Source: Rhizophagus irregularis
Lineage: Eukaryota
Assembly: GCF_026210795.1 (NCBI RefSeq)
Contig: NC_089432.1
Location: 3,782,001-3,846,000 of the forward strand
Reading direction: 5' to 3'
DNA: 64,000 nt
A program made the translations under genes and the position numbers. The notes under the pieces were generated by a model. It had not been told where the DNA came from. It did no database searches and saw only the letters and a list, made by a program, of their open reading frames with translations. Within the stretch, counting starts at the first letter, position 1, and every line of letters begins with the position of its first letter. Of this stretch, positions 51,408 to 63,642 are shown one piece after another.

Positions 51408-54400
51408 CACTGGTCAAAATCAATTCTATCGGGTACATATCAGGCACCTATATATCGGTGGCTAATCAGATAAATATCGGGTATTTTTACATATCGGGTA
51501 CCCGATAGCTAAGCTATTAGTCACTGATATTGTATATCGGGCATTGATCTATCTTACACATATCAGGTACCCGATATGTAAATTTTAATACGTAAGATTT
51601 TTATTTTGTACAACGTACTGTATTATATATAATCCGTTTCAACTAAAATTTTTTATTTAAATTCATTTTTTAGATAATTTTTATAAATAATTTTCTAAGA
51701 AATTTTAAAAGTCCATTTGAATAATATTTAATAGGAATTTTATTTAAGAAACTTTTAGATAGATTTTTTTGAGAAATTTTTTAAGAGTCCGTTTGGAAAA
51801 ATTATTTTTTTAACTAAGAGGATCATTTAAAGCATTTTTGATAGAGAATTTTCTAAAGATTTGTTTGGAGAGATTATTTTTGAGAATTTTTTAACTAAAG
51901 GGACCGTTTGGAACATTTTTTGATAGAGAATTTTCTAAGAATTCATTTGGGAAATGGTTTTTTGAGAATTTTTTTAACTAAAAGGATCATTTGGGCATTT
52001 TTTGATTGAGAATTTTCTAAGAGTTCGTTTAGGGAAATTATTTTTTGAATTTTTTAATTAAGGGGATCGTTTAGGGCATTTTTTGATTGAGAATTTTCTA
52101 AGAGTTCGTTTAGAGAGATTATTTTTGAGAATTTTTTAACCAAAGGGACCGTTGGAATATTTTTTGATAGAGAATTTTTTTGATAGAGAATTTTCTAAAA
52201 GTTTGTTTGGAAAAATTATTTTTTGAGAATTTTTTAACTGAAGGTATCATTTGATAGAGAAATTTCTAAGAGTTCGTTTAGGAAAATTATTTTTTGTATT
52301 TTTTAATTAAGGGGATCGCTTAGGACATTTTTGATAGATAATTTTCTAATAATTCGTTTGGAGAGATTGTTTTTGAGAATTTTTTAATTAAAGGGAACGT
52401 TTGGAACATTTTTGATAGAGAATTTTCTAAGAATTTGTTTGGGAAATAGGGTTTCAAGAATTTTTTAACTAAAAAGATCATTTAGGGCATTTTTTGATTG
52501 AGAATTTTCTAAGAGTTCGTTTAGGGAAATTATTTTTTGAATTTTTTAATTAAGGGGATCGTTTAGGGCATTTTTTGATTGAGAATTTTCTGAGTTCGTT
52601 TAGGGAAATTATTTTTTGAATTTTTTAATTAAGGGGATCGTTTAGGGCATTTTTTGATTGAGAATTTTCTAAGAGTTCATTTAGGGAGATTATTTTTGAG
52701 AATTTTTTAACCAAAGGGACCATTGGAACATTTTTTGATAGAGAATTTTCTAAGAGTTTGTTTGGAAAAATTATTTTTTGAGAATTTTTTAACTGAAGGT
52801 ATCATTTGATAGAGAAATTTCTAAAAGTTCATTTAGGAAAATTATTTTTTGTATTTTTTAATTAAAGGGATCGCTTAGGGCATTTTTGATAAAGAATTTT
52901 CTAATGATTCGTTTGGAGAGATTGTTTTTGAGAATTTTTTAACTAAAGGGAATGTTTGGAACATTTTTGATAGAGAATTTTCTAAGAATTCGTTTAGAAA
53001 ATGGTTTTTCGAGAATTTTTTAACTAAAAGGATTATTTAGGGCATTTTTTGATTGAGAATTTTCTAAGAGTTCGTTTAGGGAAATTATTTTTTGTATTTT
53101 TTAATTAAGGGGATTGTTTAGGGCATTTTTTGATAGAGAATTTTCTAAGGATTCATTTGGAGAGATTATTTTTGAGAATTTTTAAGAGTTTGTTTGGGAA
53201 ATGGTTTTTTGAGAATTTTTTAACTTAAAGGATCATTTAGAGCATTTTTGATTGAGAATTTTCTAAGAATTCGTTTAGGGAGATTATTTTTTGTATTTTT
53301 TAATTAAGGGGATCGCTTAGGGTATTTTTGATAGAGAATTTTCTAAGAATTTGTTTGGAAAATGGTTTTTTGAGAATTTTTTAACTAAAAGGATCATTTA
53401 GGGCATTTTTGATAGAGAATTTTCTAAGAGTTCGTTTGGGGAAATTATTTTTTGAATTTTTTAATTAAGGGGATCGTTTAGGGCATTTTTTGATAGAGAA
53501 TTTTCTAATGATTCGTTTGGAGAGATTATTTTTGAGAATTTTTAAGAGTTTGTTTGGGAAATGGTTTTTTGAGAATTTTTTAACTTAAAGGATCATTTAG
53601 AGCATTTTTGATTGAGAATTTTCTAAGAGTTCGTTTAGGGAGATTATTTTTTGTATTTTTTAATTAAGGGGATCGCTTAGGGCATTTTTGATAGAGAATT
53701 TTCTAATGATTCATTTGAAGAGATTGTTTTTGAGAATTTTTTAACTAAAGGGAACGTTTGGAACATTTTTGATAGAGAATTTTCTAAGAATTTGTTTGGG
53801 AAATGGTTTTTTGAGAATTTTTTAACTAAAAGGATCATTTAGGGCATTTTTGATAGAGAATTTTCTAAGAGTTCGTTTGGAGAAATTATTTTTTGAATTT
53901 TTTAATTAAGGGGATCGTTTAGGGCATTTTTTGATAGAGAATTTTCTAATGATTCGTTTGGAGAGATTATTTTTGAGAATTTTTAAGAGTTTGTTTGGGA
54001 AATGGTTTTTTGAGAATTTTTTAACTTAAAGAATCATTTAAAGCATTTTTGATTGAGAATTTTCTAAGAGTTCGTTTAGGGAGATTATTTTTTGTATTTT
54101 TTAATTAAGGGGATCGCTTAGGGCATTTTTGATAGAGAATTTTCTAATGATTCGTTTGGAGAGATTGTTTTTGAGAATTTTTTAACTAAAGGGAACGTTT
54201 GGAATATTTTTGATAGAGAATTTTCTAAGAATTTGTTTGGGAAATGGTTTTTTAAGAATTTTTTAACTAAAAGGATCATTTAGGGCATTTTTGATAGAGA
54301 ATTTTCTAAGAGTTCGTTTGGGGAAATTATTTTTTGTATTTTTTAATTAAGGGGATCACTTAGGGCATTTTTGATAGAAAATTTTCTAATGATTCGTTTG

Positions 54401-56691
54401 AAGAGATTGTTTTTGGGAATTTTTTAACTAAAGGGAACGTTTGGAACATTTTTGATAGAAAATTTTAAGAATTTGTTTGGGAAATAGTTTTTTGAGAATT
54501 TTTTAACTAAAGGATAATTTAGGGTATTTTTGATAGAGAATTTTCTAAGAGTTCGTTTAGGGAAATTATTTTTTGTATTTTTTAATTAAGGAGATCGTTT
54601 AAGGCATTTTTTGATTGAGAATTTTCTAAGAGTTCGTTTAGGGAAATTATTTTTGTATTTTTTAATTAAGGGGATCGCTTAGGGCATTTTTGATAGAGAA
54701 TTTTCTAATGATTCATTTGGAGAGATTGTTTTTGAGAATTTTTTAACTAAAGGGAACGTTTGGAACATTTTTGATAGAGAATTTTCTAAGAATTTGTTTG
54801 GGAAATGGTTTTTCGAAAATTTTTTAACTAAAAGGATTATTTAGGGCATTTTTTGATTGAGAATTTTCTAAGAGTTCGTTTAGGGAAATTATTTTTTGAA
54901 TTTTTTAATTAAGGGGATCGTTTAGGGCATTTTTTGATAGAGAATTTTCTAAGGATTCGTTTGGAAAGATTATTTTTGAGAATTTTTTAACTAAAGGGAA
55001 CGTTTGGAACATTTTTGATAGTGAATTTTCTAAGAGTTCGTTTGGGAAATAGTTTTTTGAGAATTTTTTAATTAAAAGGATCATTTTTAGGGCATTTTTT
55101 GATAGAGAATTTTCTAAGGATTCATTTGGGGAGATTATTTTGAGAATTTTTTAACCAAGGGATCGTTTGAAACATTTTTGAGAGAATTTTCTAAGAGTTC
55201 GTTTGGGGAGATTATTTTTAAGAATTTTTTAACCAAAGGGATCGTTTGGGACATTTTTTGACAGAAAATTTCTAGGAGTTCATTTGGGGAAATTATTTTT
55301 TGGGATTTTTTTAACTAAAGGGATCATTTAGGACATTTTATTTTTAATAAAGAAATTTCTAAGAATTCATTTGGAAGATTTTTTGAGATTTTTTTAATAA
55401 ATCTTCTAAGGGTTCATTTGAAGAAATTTTTTAAAAAAGTTTTTTAACTAGAAGGGTCATTTCAAATATTTTTTTGATGAGAAATTTTCTAAAGGTTCAT
55501 TTGGAAAGATTTTTTTTTTTGATAATTTTTTTAATCGAAAGGGTCATTTGGATTGAGAAATTTTTGTTTTACGACGTAATTTTACCAAATTTAATTATAA
55601 ATGTATTCAGGCTATAAAATAACATGTGGTAAGTTACATTACGTAATATTGTTATCATGTGATCACATGATTTAAATATTTACATTTCGCATTTTTGTTT
55701 ATCTTATTAAAACCTTTTCTTCGTTCTCAATTTTTTTTTACTTAAAAACACAATTTTTTATCTATTTAATATATCCAGAAATACATATTTTTATTATTTG
55801 TTATATCTAGAAATGCATAAAAAGGTATATATTACTAATATTTCTTTTCTTTATTAATGTTTTTCTACCATTTTTTTTTCGTTTCTTTCTTTTCTTTTAC
55901 TAATACTCCTACTAATATATTTTTTATTATTTTTTTCTACTATATTAACATTTTTACTATTTAATATTTTCTATTAATATTATATTACTACTGATATACG
56001 TTCTCTTTCTACTAACATTTTTTATTCTACTAACTTTTTCTTTCTGCTAATGTTTCTACTAATATTTTCTATATTTATATATCTATACTAATATTTTTTA
56101 ATAACATTCTCTTTTCTCTTACTAATATATTTATCATTAATACTTCTTTTAAATAATCAAACAGGTATAAGCAAATAAGTGATTTTATTTTTATGCTACT
56201 TTTAGTAGAAGTTATATATTATATATATTTATTCAAGTATTCAAGTATAATTAGTATAATTGTTTTTTTTTAATTAAAAAGTGTAAATAAATTTAAATTG
56301 TAATAAAGTTTTGAATTAAAATTAAAAAAAATATATAAATTATGATTGCATTTTATAATTTTTTTGCCTGAATTAAATTATAAATCTACTAGTATTAATA
56401 CGAAATCATTATCCTATATCTATCCGTCTGATATCTGTATGATATCTGTATGATATCTATATGATATATATCATAATATATCGGGTACCCAATAAGTCTA
56501 TTTAACTACCCGATATGTGTAAGATGTATATGTGATATGTACATGATGTGTCACCGGTTTTCTACATTTCTACTACACATATCGGGTACCTGATATGTGT
56601 AGCATTGTTAAATATCATACACATATATCACATATATTGTACACATATCAGGTACCCGATAGGTACCCGATAGTATTAATTTTGACCAGTG
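51408..56691. mobile_element. 5.3-kb non-autonomous CACTA/EnSpm-type element containing a satellite
   Basis: TAC|CACTGGTCAAAAT...ATTTTGACCAGTG|TAC (13-bp TIR, 3-bp TSD); subterminal atatcgggtacc repeats at both ends. Confidence 0.88.
51690..55550. repeat. Satellite array, ~40/80-bp unit with higher-order variants
   Basis: gatagagaattttctaagagttcgtttagggaaattattttttgaattttttaattaaggggatcgtttagggcattttt and variants repeated for ~3.9 kb, degenerate at both edges. Confidence 0.95.
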
Positions 56692-57404
56692 TACAGTCAA
56701 CTCTCTTTATAGTCACACATATGGGACAGTCCATATTTGGTGATTATGAGCAAACAGTCTTATGACTTTATCTTTTATTATAAAATTTAAACGAAAAGTA
56801 CAATGATCAAATTGAACAATATTACAAAATATAGAAAATTAAACAAAAAATAAAAAGAACTAGCTTCACGATTCATACAAGTAAAGAAATCTAAACAAAA
56901 TAAAATTAAGTAAAGAAAAACTAAACTATTACAGAAATGCATACCCCATCTTTACCTGAAGGCCAGTGTGAGTCAACTATCAAGCATGTCCTAAGATCCA
57001 ATCCATTACCAAAAAGAAATCCTAAGTAGAGGCTGAACTGTTAAGCGGCACCAAAAATCCAAATGTGAAATCTAAGATTCTCACGGATTATATAAGAGGA
57101 AACCCAAGAAACCCAGGAATCCAAGGAAACTGTCGCCAAGGAAGGTGTCAAAGAGTCAAAAGGAATGTTAGAGGAGGGACACAGGTTGAAGGGGCACCAT
57201 TGTCCAAAATTCAAAAAATGCAAATTCCCCATTTTTCTGGAAAATGGTGGAAAATTGTGGAAAATGCTACATTACGCTGAGCAATTTTTTGGAATAATAT
57301 TGTTACAACATTGTCCGATTTAGCAAATCTTATGAAATTTTGGGAAAATGCTACATTACACCTCAAATGTAACATTTCGTAACATTGTTATAACATTGTC
57401 AATT

Positions 57405-57745
57405 AAATCAAATTTTGCTTTTTTTTTGTCAAATGGTGCATTTTTATAAAAATTCCGCATTTTGCCACCAATGTAATATCATTGTAACAACATTTCATAA
57501 CATTGTTATAACATTGTCAATTAAAATCAAATTTTGCTTTTTTTTTGTCAAATATTCCGATTTTCTGCCAAATGGTACATTTTTATGAAAATTCCGCATT
57601 TTGCCACCAATGTAATATCATTGTAACAACATTTCATAACATTGTTATAACATTGTCAATTAAAATCAAATTTTGCTTTTTTTTTGTCAAATATTCTGAT
57701 TTTCTGCCAAATGGTATATTTTTTATGAAAATTCCGCATTTTTTA
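57405..57745. repeat. Tandem repeat, ~125-140-bp unit
   Basis: aaattccgcattttgccaccaatgtaatatcattgtaacaacatttcataacattgttataacattgtcaattaaaatc repeated. Confidence 0.85.
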
Positions 57746-57795
57746 GCAAATTTTATGCAAATTTCATGTTTTTTTGGTCAAATGTTACATTTTTC

Positions 57796-58327
57796 CACAG
57801 GTCGAAAAGTGAAAAATCAGGCATCAATCAGTCACCAATCGGTCACCAATCAGGTACCTGATTGGTGACCGATTGGTGCCTGATTGGCATTTTCGCCAAA
57901 TACCAAATCACCAATCAGGCAGTTTGCTAACTTTTGATCCAGTGATCAGAAAAAGATGAAATATAGCTCATTGGAATCGTCTCAACAAGACGAATCTAAT
58001 GGTAGTAAAATCGCATCTTTAGGATTAATACTTGATGAGAAATTAAGTAAAATATAAAAATGAAAATGTATTATTTATATTTTATTTAATATTTTATTAA
58101 CTATCAATCCTAGAGATGCGATTTTACTACCATTAGATTCGTCTTGTTGAGACGATTCCAATGAGCTATATTTCATCTTTTTCTGATCACTGGATCAAAA
58201 GTTAGTAAACTGCCTGATTGGTGACTCGTATTTCTTAAACGAAAATATAATCAGGCACCAATCAGTCACCAATCAGCTACCTGATTGGTGACCGATTGGT
58301 GCCTGATTTTTCACTTTTTGACCTGTG
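57796..58327. mobile_element. CACTA-type (CACAG) foldback MITE with 3-bp TSD
   Basis: TTC|CACAGGTCGAAAAGTGAAAAATCAGGCA...TGCCTGATTTTTCACTTTTTGACCTGTG|TTC; nearly the whole element is one inverted repeat. Confidence 0.92.
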
Positions 58328-58526
58328 TTCGTTAGAATGTTATTTTTTTTCGACACTTTTTTTGCAAAATGTACATTTGTTGACATTTTCTAGAAAGATG
58401 TAACATTTTATCAAAAAATTAGATCATTTACTAAAAAAATGCGACATTATTTACTGAATATTGAATAATTTGATATAATAATCGGATAATTTCGCAAAAA
58501 AAAAAAAATTATTTATTATGGTAAAT

Positions 58527-60247
58527 TTAAATGTGAAATTTTCTATTTAACGGTAAAATGGCCAAGTATTCAGTACGTTTGTATTTAAATTTTGCTGGAA
58601 CAAATCTACCTAATATGTGATGAACTGGAATTATACTATTAACCGAAGAATTAAAAAACTCCTTTTTCCAAAGTTCCGGATCATTCGTAAAATCATCAGA
58701 ATCTTCGCTGGAAAAAAAAAATCTGATGTTTGCAGTCGCAGCGGGTTTATACCAATTTACAAAAGCCAAATAATATTCCGTCAGACCATTTGGAAGATGA
58801 ACTGTATGTTTGAAATAGAATTGTACCTGGCCAGGATATGTGTCTATATCATTTTCACGTTGTTCTATAAAACGTGCTAAGATATAAGAGCTTCTAATAT
58901 ACCTTTTGGATAATATTGACCCAAAATATTCTGCACTGATGCGCAATCTGCCACATTGTGTGATATTTCCAGTTACAGCAATGTAATTTTCAGTTGATGA
59001 AGAAGGATCTAACCGTGGTCGGCTAAAATTATATTCTTCATAAGCGTGATTGTAGTAATCAACTAGTAAATCCAAAATATCATCCGGTAATATGACATTC
59101 AATTTTATCGGACTTAAAAGTTCTCCAGGATATTCTTCCGTTCCTGTTGCCCCGCCAGAAACCAGCTTTTCAGATATATCTAAAAATGCCTGTAATTCCT
59201 CACTTTCGAGAGATTCATTTTCGTTATCGTCAGTTGTATCATCATTTAAATCAAGTATTTGAAAAATGGCCTGATGATTTAGAGCCAATGTATTGAATCT
59301 TCGTTCAATTTGAGAACTCTGCATCATAAATCGCATAATTTCCGGTTCAATTTTTCGTCTACTATTAGGTAAACTCCCTGTATAATTGTAAAATCGTAAG
59401 TAATAATTCTGAATAATTTGAATAATATTATTGTAAATACCAACCAAGAATTCCATTCATCCTTTCAAAGGAGAAATACCAAAATGAGTAAAGAGGACCG
59501 TAATCTTTACAACATTTGTTCAAGTGTAATGAAAGATGTAAATTTGGTGTTATTGAAACTTCTCCGTAATTCGTTTTGATAAGTTTCAAAATTTCAATTA
59601 AATGTTCATGTGCGTCATCTAAATTTTTGATTGTAACAATCCTTCAGACTAATATAGAACAAGCTTGGCTGAAATGTACTAAGATTTTCCGATCTTCTTG
59701 GTCCAAAAAATCCCAAAGAACAACTCTGGCATAAATCAGGAAAAAATTTTTCCATTCGTTAGCCGTTAAATTAGAAAATCCTTCCCCAATATCTATTTTA
59801 TGAGGAATTCGACCGATTTCTGATGGTGGATGAATATTGTTCATGTTTTTTTGAATTTTCGTCAGATCATCCATATTTATTTTACCATGTCCTAACCAAA
59901 GTTGTTTTACGATAAATGATGCAATTCCTATAAATAAATTATGCATCGGGTCCACAGGTAAAAATCGTATCAGATCGAAATAAGACAAACGGAGCATTTC
60001 TGACCATCTCGCGTGATATTGCTTCGCATGTCTTTTTCTAGCTTCGTTGCTTTTACATTTTCTCCATTCCAAAGCCATTTCTCGATAACTATTCACGCTT
60101 TTAGCAACAAACCATTCATTAATAACATCCATGCCACTAAAATTTCTATTTCTTGCAACCTTTAAGCATCTGTGACAGCTTACATTGGCTGAATAATGGC
60201 CACATAATTTTCTAGCAGCTGGTATATCGCAGCAACAAGCAATTACT
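58527..60247 (-). pseudogene. EnSpm/CACTA-family transposase, 5'-interrupted, one in-frame stop, one intron
   Basis: CDIPAARKLCG, VDPMHNLFIG, LTANEWKNF, TPNLHLSLHL..DYGPLYSFWYFSFERMNGILG; TGA at 59644-59646; intron ~59444-59378; YPGQVQFYF..LAFVNWY tail. Confidence 0.9.
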
Positions 60248-61225
60248 CACAGGTCGAACAGATGTCATTGTCGCAAAATTTGCCTGGAATTTTTCTGGCA
60301 AATTGAGAATTATCCCGATAAATTGGGGTAAATTGTGTTACAATTTTGGGATAATGGAGGACTTACAATTTGGCAAATTTTGTCAAAATGGCAGAATTCT
60401 TACAGAATTCCTAATTCAAATGTTGAGAAATTTTTCAGTAAATTATCATTAATTGTGGGAAATTTTAGGTAAATTTTTAGTAATTTTATGTAAATTGTAG
60501 TGAATTTAGTCAAATTTTTAGTAATTTTATGTAAACGTAATGCAAATTGTGGTGAATTTAGTCAAATTTTTAGTAATTTTATGTAAACGTATTGTAAATT
60601 GTGTAAATTTTAGGCAAATTTTTAGTAATTTTATGTAAACGTAATGCAAATTGTAGTAAATTTAGTCAAATTTTTAGTAATTTTATGTAAACGTAATGCA
60701 AATTGTGGTGAATTTAGTCAAATTTTTAGTAATTTTATGCAAACGTAATGCAAATTGTGGTAAATTGTAGTGTATTTTTAGTAATGTTATATAAATTGTT
60801 GAAAATTTAGGTGAGTTTTTCAGCAATGTTGTGCAAACGTAATACAAATTGTGGAAAATTGTGGTGAATTTTGCATTTTTTCGGTAAATGTTAGCTAAAC
60901 TTTTGATAATTTAGTGAAATTTAGGATAATTTTGGACAATTGAGTGAAAAATGTTTTACTGATTTTGTACAATTGAGTGTAAACAGTATAAACACAACAT
61001 TTTCGGAGACAATTTAGTGAAATTTTGCAATAATTTCGGACAATTGAGTGAAATTTTGCAATAATTTCGGACAATTGAGTGAAATTTTGCAATAATTTCG
61101 GACAATTGAGTGAAATTTTGCAATAATTTCGGACAATTGAGTGAAATTTTGCAATAATTTCAGACAATTGAGTGAAATTTAGTAATAATTTTAAACAATT
61201 TAGTGCAAATACCATGACAATTTAA
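60248..61225. mobile_element. Partial CACAG-terminated element with tandem repeats (~59-bp at 60470-60880; 31-bp at 61008-61200)
   Basis: CACAGGTCGAA (same terminus as 57796) starts exactly where the transposase frame breaks; gacaattgagtgaaattttgcaataatttcg x ~5-6; other end not found. Confidence 0.65.
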
Positions 61226-61239
61226 AACACTGGTTTAAT

Positions 61240-63642
61240 AATTTTACATAATTTATTACAATATTATTTATTAATAAATGCACAATTATTATTTAACGAT
61301 GAGAATCTATATTAATCTATATTCATCAGATATCCAATAATCCATGGGTAATCCGCACATCTAATTCATTCATGTATCTCCGATGCCAAAGTAGAAGCTG
61401 GTAAAAACCTACAAAAAAGAAAGTAAAGAAACGTTAGTTAACGTTTCTTAAAAAAAAATTAATAAAAATTAAGTTTCACAACCAATGTTGCGAAACTTAC
61501 CGGTTCGTTTTGATTTCCATTATCCAAACGTCCGAAACCTACAAAAAGTAAAAAAGAAACGTTAGGTAATGTTTCTTTTAAAAAAAAAGAACAAAAATTA
61601 AGTTTCGCAATGTAACATTGCGAAACTTACCGGTCGTTTCATTCATTCTAACATCCGGAACCTACAAAAAGTAAAAAAGAAACGTTAATTAACATTTTTT
61701 TTAATAAAAAAAAACAAAAATTAAGTTTCGCAATGTAACATTGCGAAACTTACCGGTCATTTCATTCATTCTAACATCCGGAACCTACAAAAAGTAAAAA
61801 AGAAATGTTAGTTAACGTTTCTTTTAATAAAAAAACAAAAATTAAGTTTCGCAATGTAACATTGCGAAACTTACCGGTCATTTCATTCATTCTAACGTCC
61901 GGAACCTACAAAAAGTAAAAAAGAAACGTTAATATAAACGTTTCTTTTAATAAAAAAACAAAAATTAAGTTTCGCAATGTAACATTGCGAAACTTACCGG
62001 TCGTTTCATTCATTCTAACGTCCGGAACCTACAAAATTAAAAGAAAGAAACGTTTAGTATCGTTTCTTTAAAAAAAATTAATAAAAATTGTTTCGCAACA
62101 CAATGTTGCAAAACTTACCGGTTCGTTTCGAAGTTCATTATCCAAACGTCTGGAATCTACAAAAATTAAAAGAAAGAAACGTTTAGTATCGTTTCTTTAA
62201 AAAAAAATAATTAAAAAAATAAGTTTCGCAATACAATATTGCGAAACTCACCGGTTCGTTTCAATTTCTATTATCCAAACGTCCGGAACCTACAAAAAGT
62301 AAAAGAAACGTACGAAATAAAAGAAACGTACGTTAGTATCATTTCTTTAAAAAAAAACATAATTAAAATTAAGTTTCGCAACAATTGTTGCAAAACTTAC
62401 CGGTTCGTTTCGAGTTTCAAACGTCTGGAACCTACAAAAAAAAAGAAAGAAACGTTAGTTAACGTTTCTTTTAATAAAAAAAATCAATAAATTAAGTTTC
62501 GCAACGATTCGTTGCAAAACTCACCGGTTCATTTCATCCAAACGTCCGGAACCTACAAAAAGAAGGAAAGAAATGTTAGTTAACGTTTCTTTTAATAAAA
62601 AAAAAATTTAACAAAAAAAAGAAAATATTACCTTTCTTCCAAAGTCCGGGTCGTAATTTCGTCTGGCGTTCCTACAAAAAGAAGAAAGGAAACGTTAGAA
62701 ACGTTTCCTAAAAGAAATTAAAAAAAAGTAAGTTTTGAACATGAAACTTACCATTTCACTTTTCGAAGTTGAAGACCTACACAAAAGAAAAATAGGAAAC
62801 GTTAGAAACGTTTCCTTACAAAAAAAGAATTAAAAAAATTTTTTTTAAAAAAGTTTCGAAGCGAACGCTTCAAAACTTACCATTTTCGTTTCCTCGTTTC
62901 CTAAGTCAAAAATACCGAAAGACCTAAAAAAAAATAAAGGATCGTTAAAAACGATCCTTATAAAAGCAAAAAAAAAAAAAATTTATTTTAAAGTTTCAAA
63001 GCGAAACGCTTCGAAACTTACCATAATTTCAGTAGTCAAAACATCAAAAATCCTACAAAAAAGAAAGAAAGGAAACGTTAGAAACGTTTCCTTACAACAA
63101 AGAATTAAAAAAAAAATTTAAATTTAAAAAAGTTTCGAAGCGTTTCGCTTCGAAACTTACCATTGTTTTTCTGAAAGACGGTTCCGGGAAGGGGAAAGAG
63201 AATGGGGAAGGAGTGGGAGGAAAAAGGGAAGGGGAAGGGTGGAAGAAGAGGAAGGGGAGAAGAGGAGAGAAAGAGGGAAGGGAAGAGAGAAAGAGGGAAG
63301 GGGAAGGCGAGAGAAAAAGGGAAGGGAAGGGAAAGGAGAAAGAGGGAAGGGAGGAAGGTGAAAGAAAGAGGGAAGGGGAAGGTGAAAGAAAGAGAAAGGG
63401 GAAGGGGAAAGGGGAAGGAAAGAAAGAAAGGAAGAAAGAAAGAGGAAAGGGGAAGGTGAAAGAAAGAGGGAAGGGGAAAGGCGAAAGAAAGAAGAGGTAA
63501 AGGCCGTGAGAAAAAAAAAATTAAGCTTTTGCTAAAAAAGCTTAATTTTTTTTTTCGTTATACCGCAGCTGAAGCTGCAGTAATTATTAAGTAATATCAC
63601 GTGACGCACGTGATATATAATTTTATATAAATAGGGCTTTCC
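61240..63642 (-). ncRNA. Putative multi-exon non-coding transcription unit: 14 hairpin-bearing introns and 13 internal micro-exons (array D)
   Basis: Donors GTAAG/GTGAG/GTAAT at ~63160, 63021, 62880, 62751, 62631, 62524, 62400, 62251, 62118, 61997, 61874, 61753, 61630, 61500; branch-point-like sites and polypyrimidine-TAG acceptors; exons 25-43 nt. Transcription itself is not shown. Confidence 0.6.
63186..63500. repeat. GA-rich low-complexity tract
   Basis: gggaaggggaaggtgaaagaaaga-like units, almost purely purine on the + strand. Confidence 0.9.

Noticed and set aside
60895..61215. 106-aa ORF
   Set aside because: Translation of a 31-bp tandem repeat.
61500..62600. CRISPR-like appearance (palindromic repeats with ~31-38-nt intervening pieces)
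   Set aside because: The intervening pieces are related to each other rather than unique, the context is eukaryotic, there are no cas genes, and splice signals explain the period better.
63202..63500. K/R/G/E-rich ORFs
   Set aside because: Artefact of the GA-only tract, which lacks stop codons.
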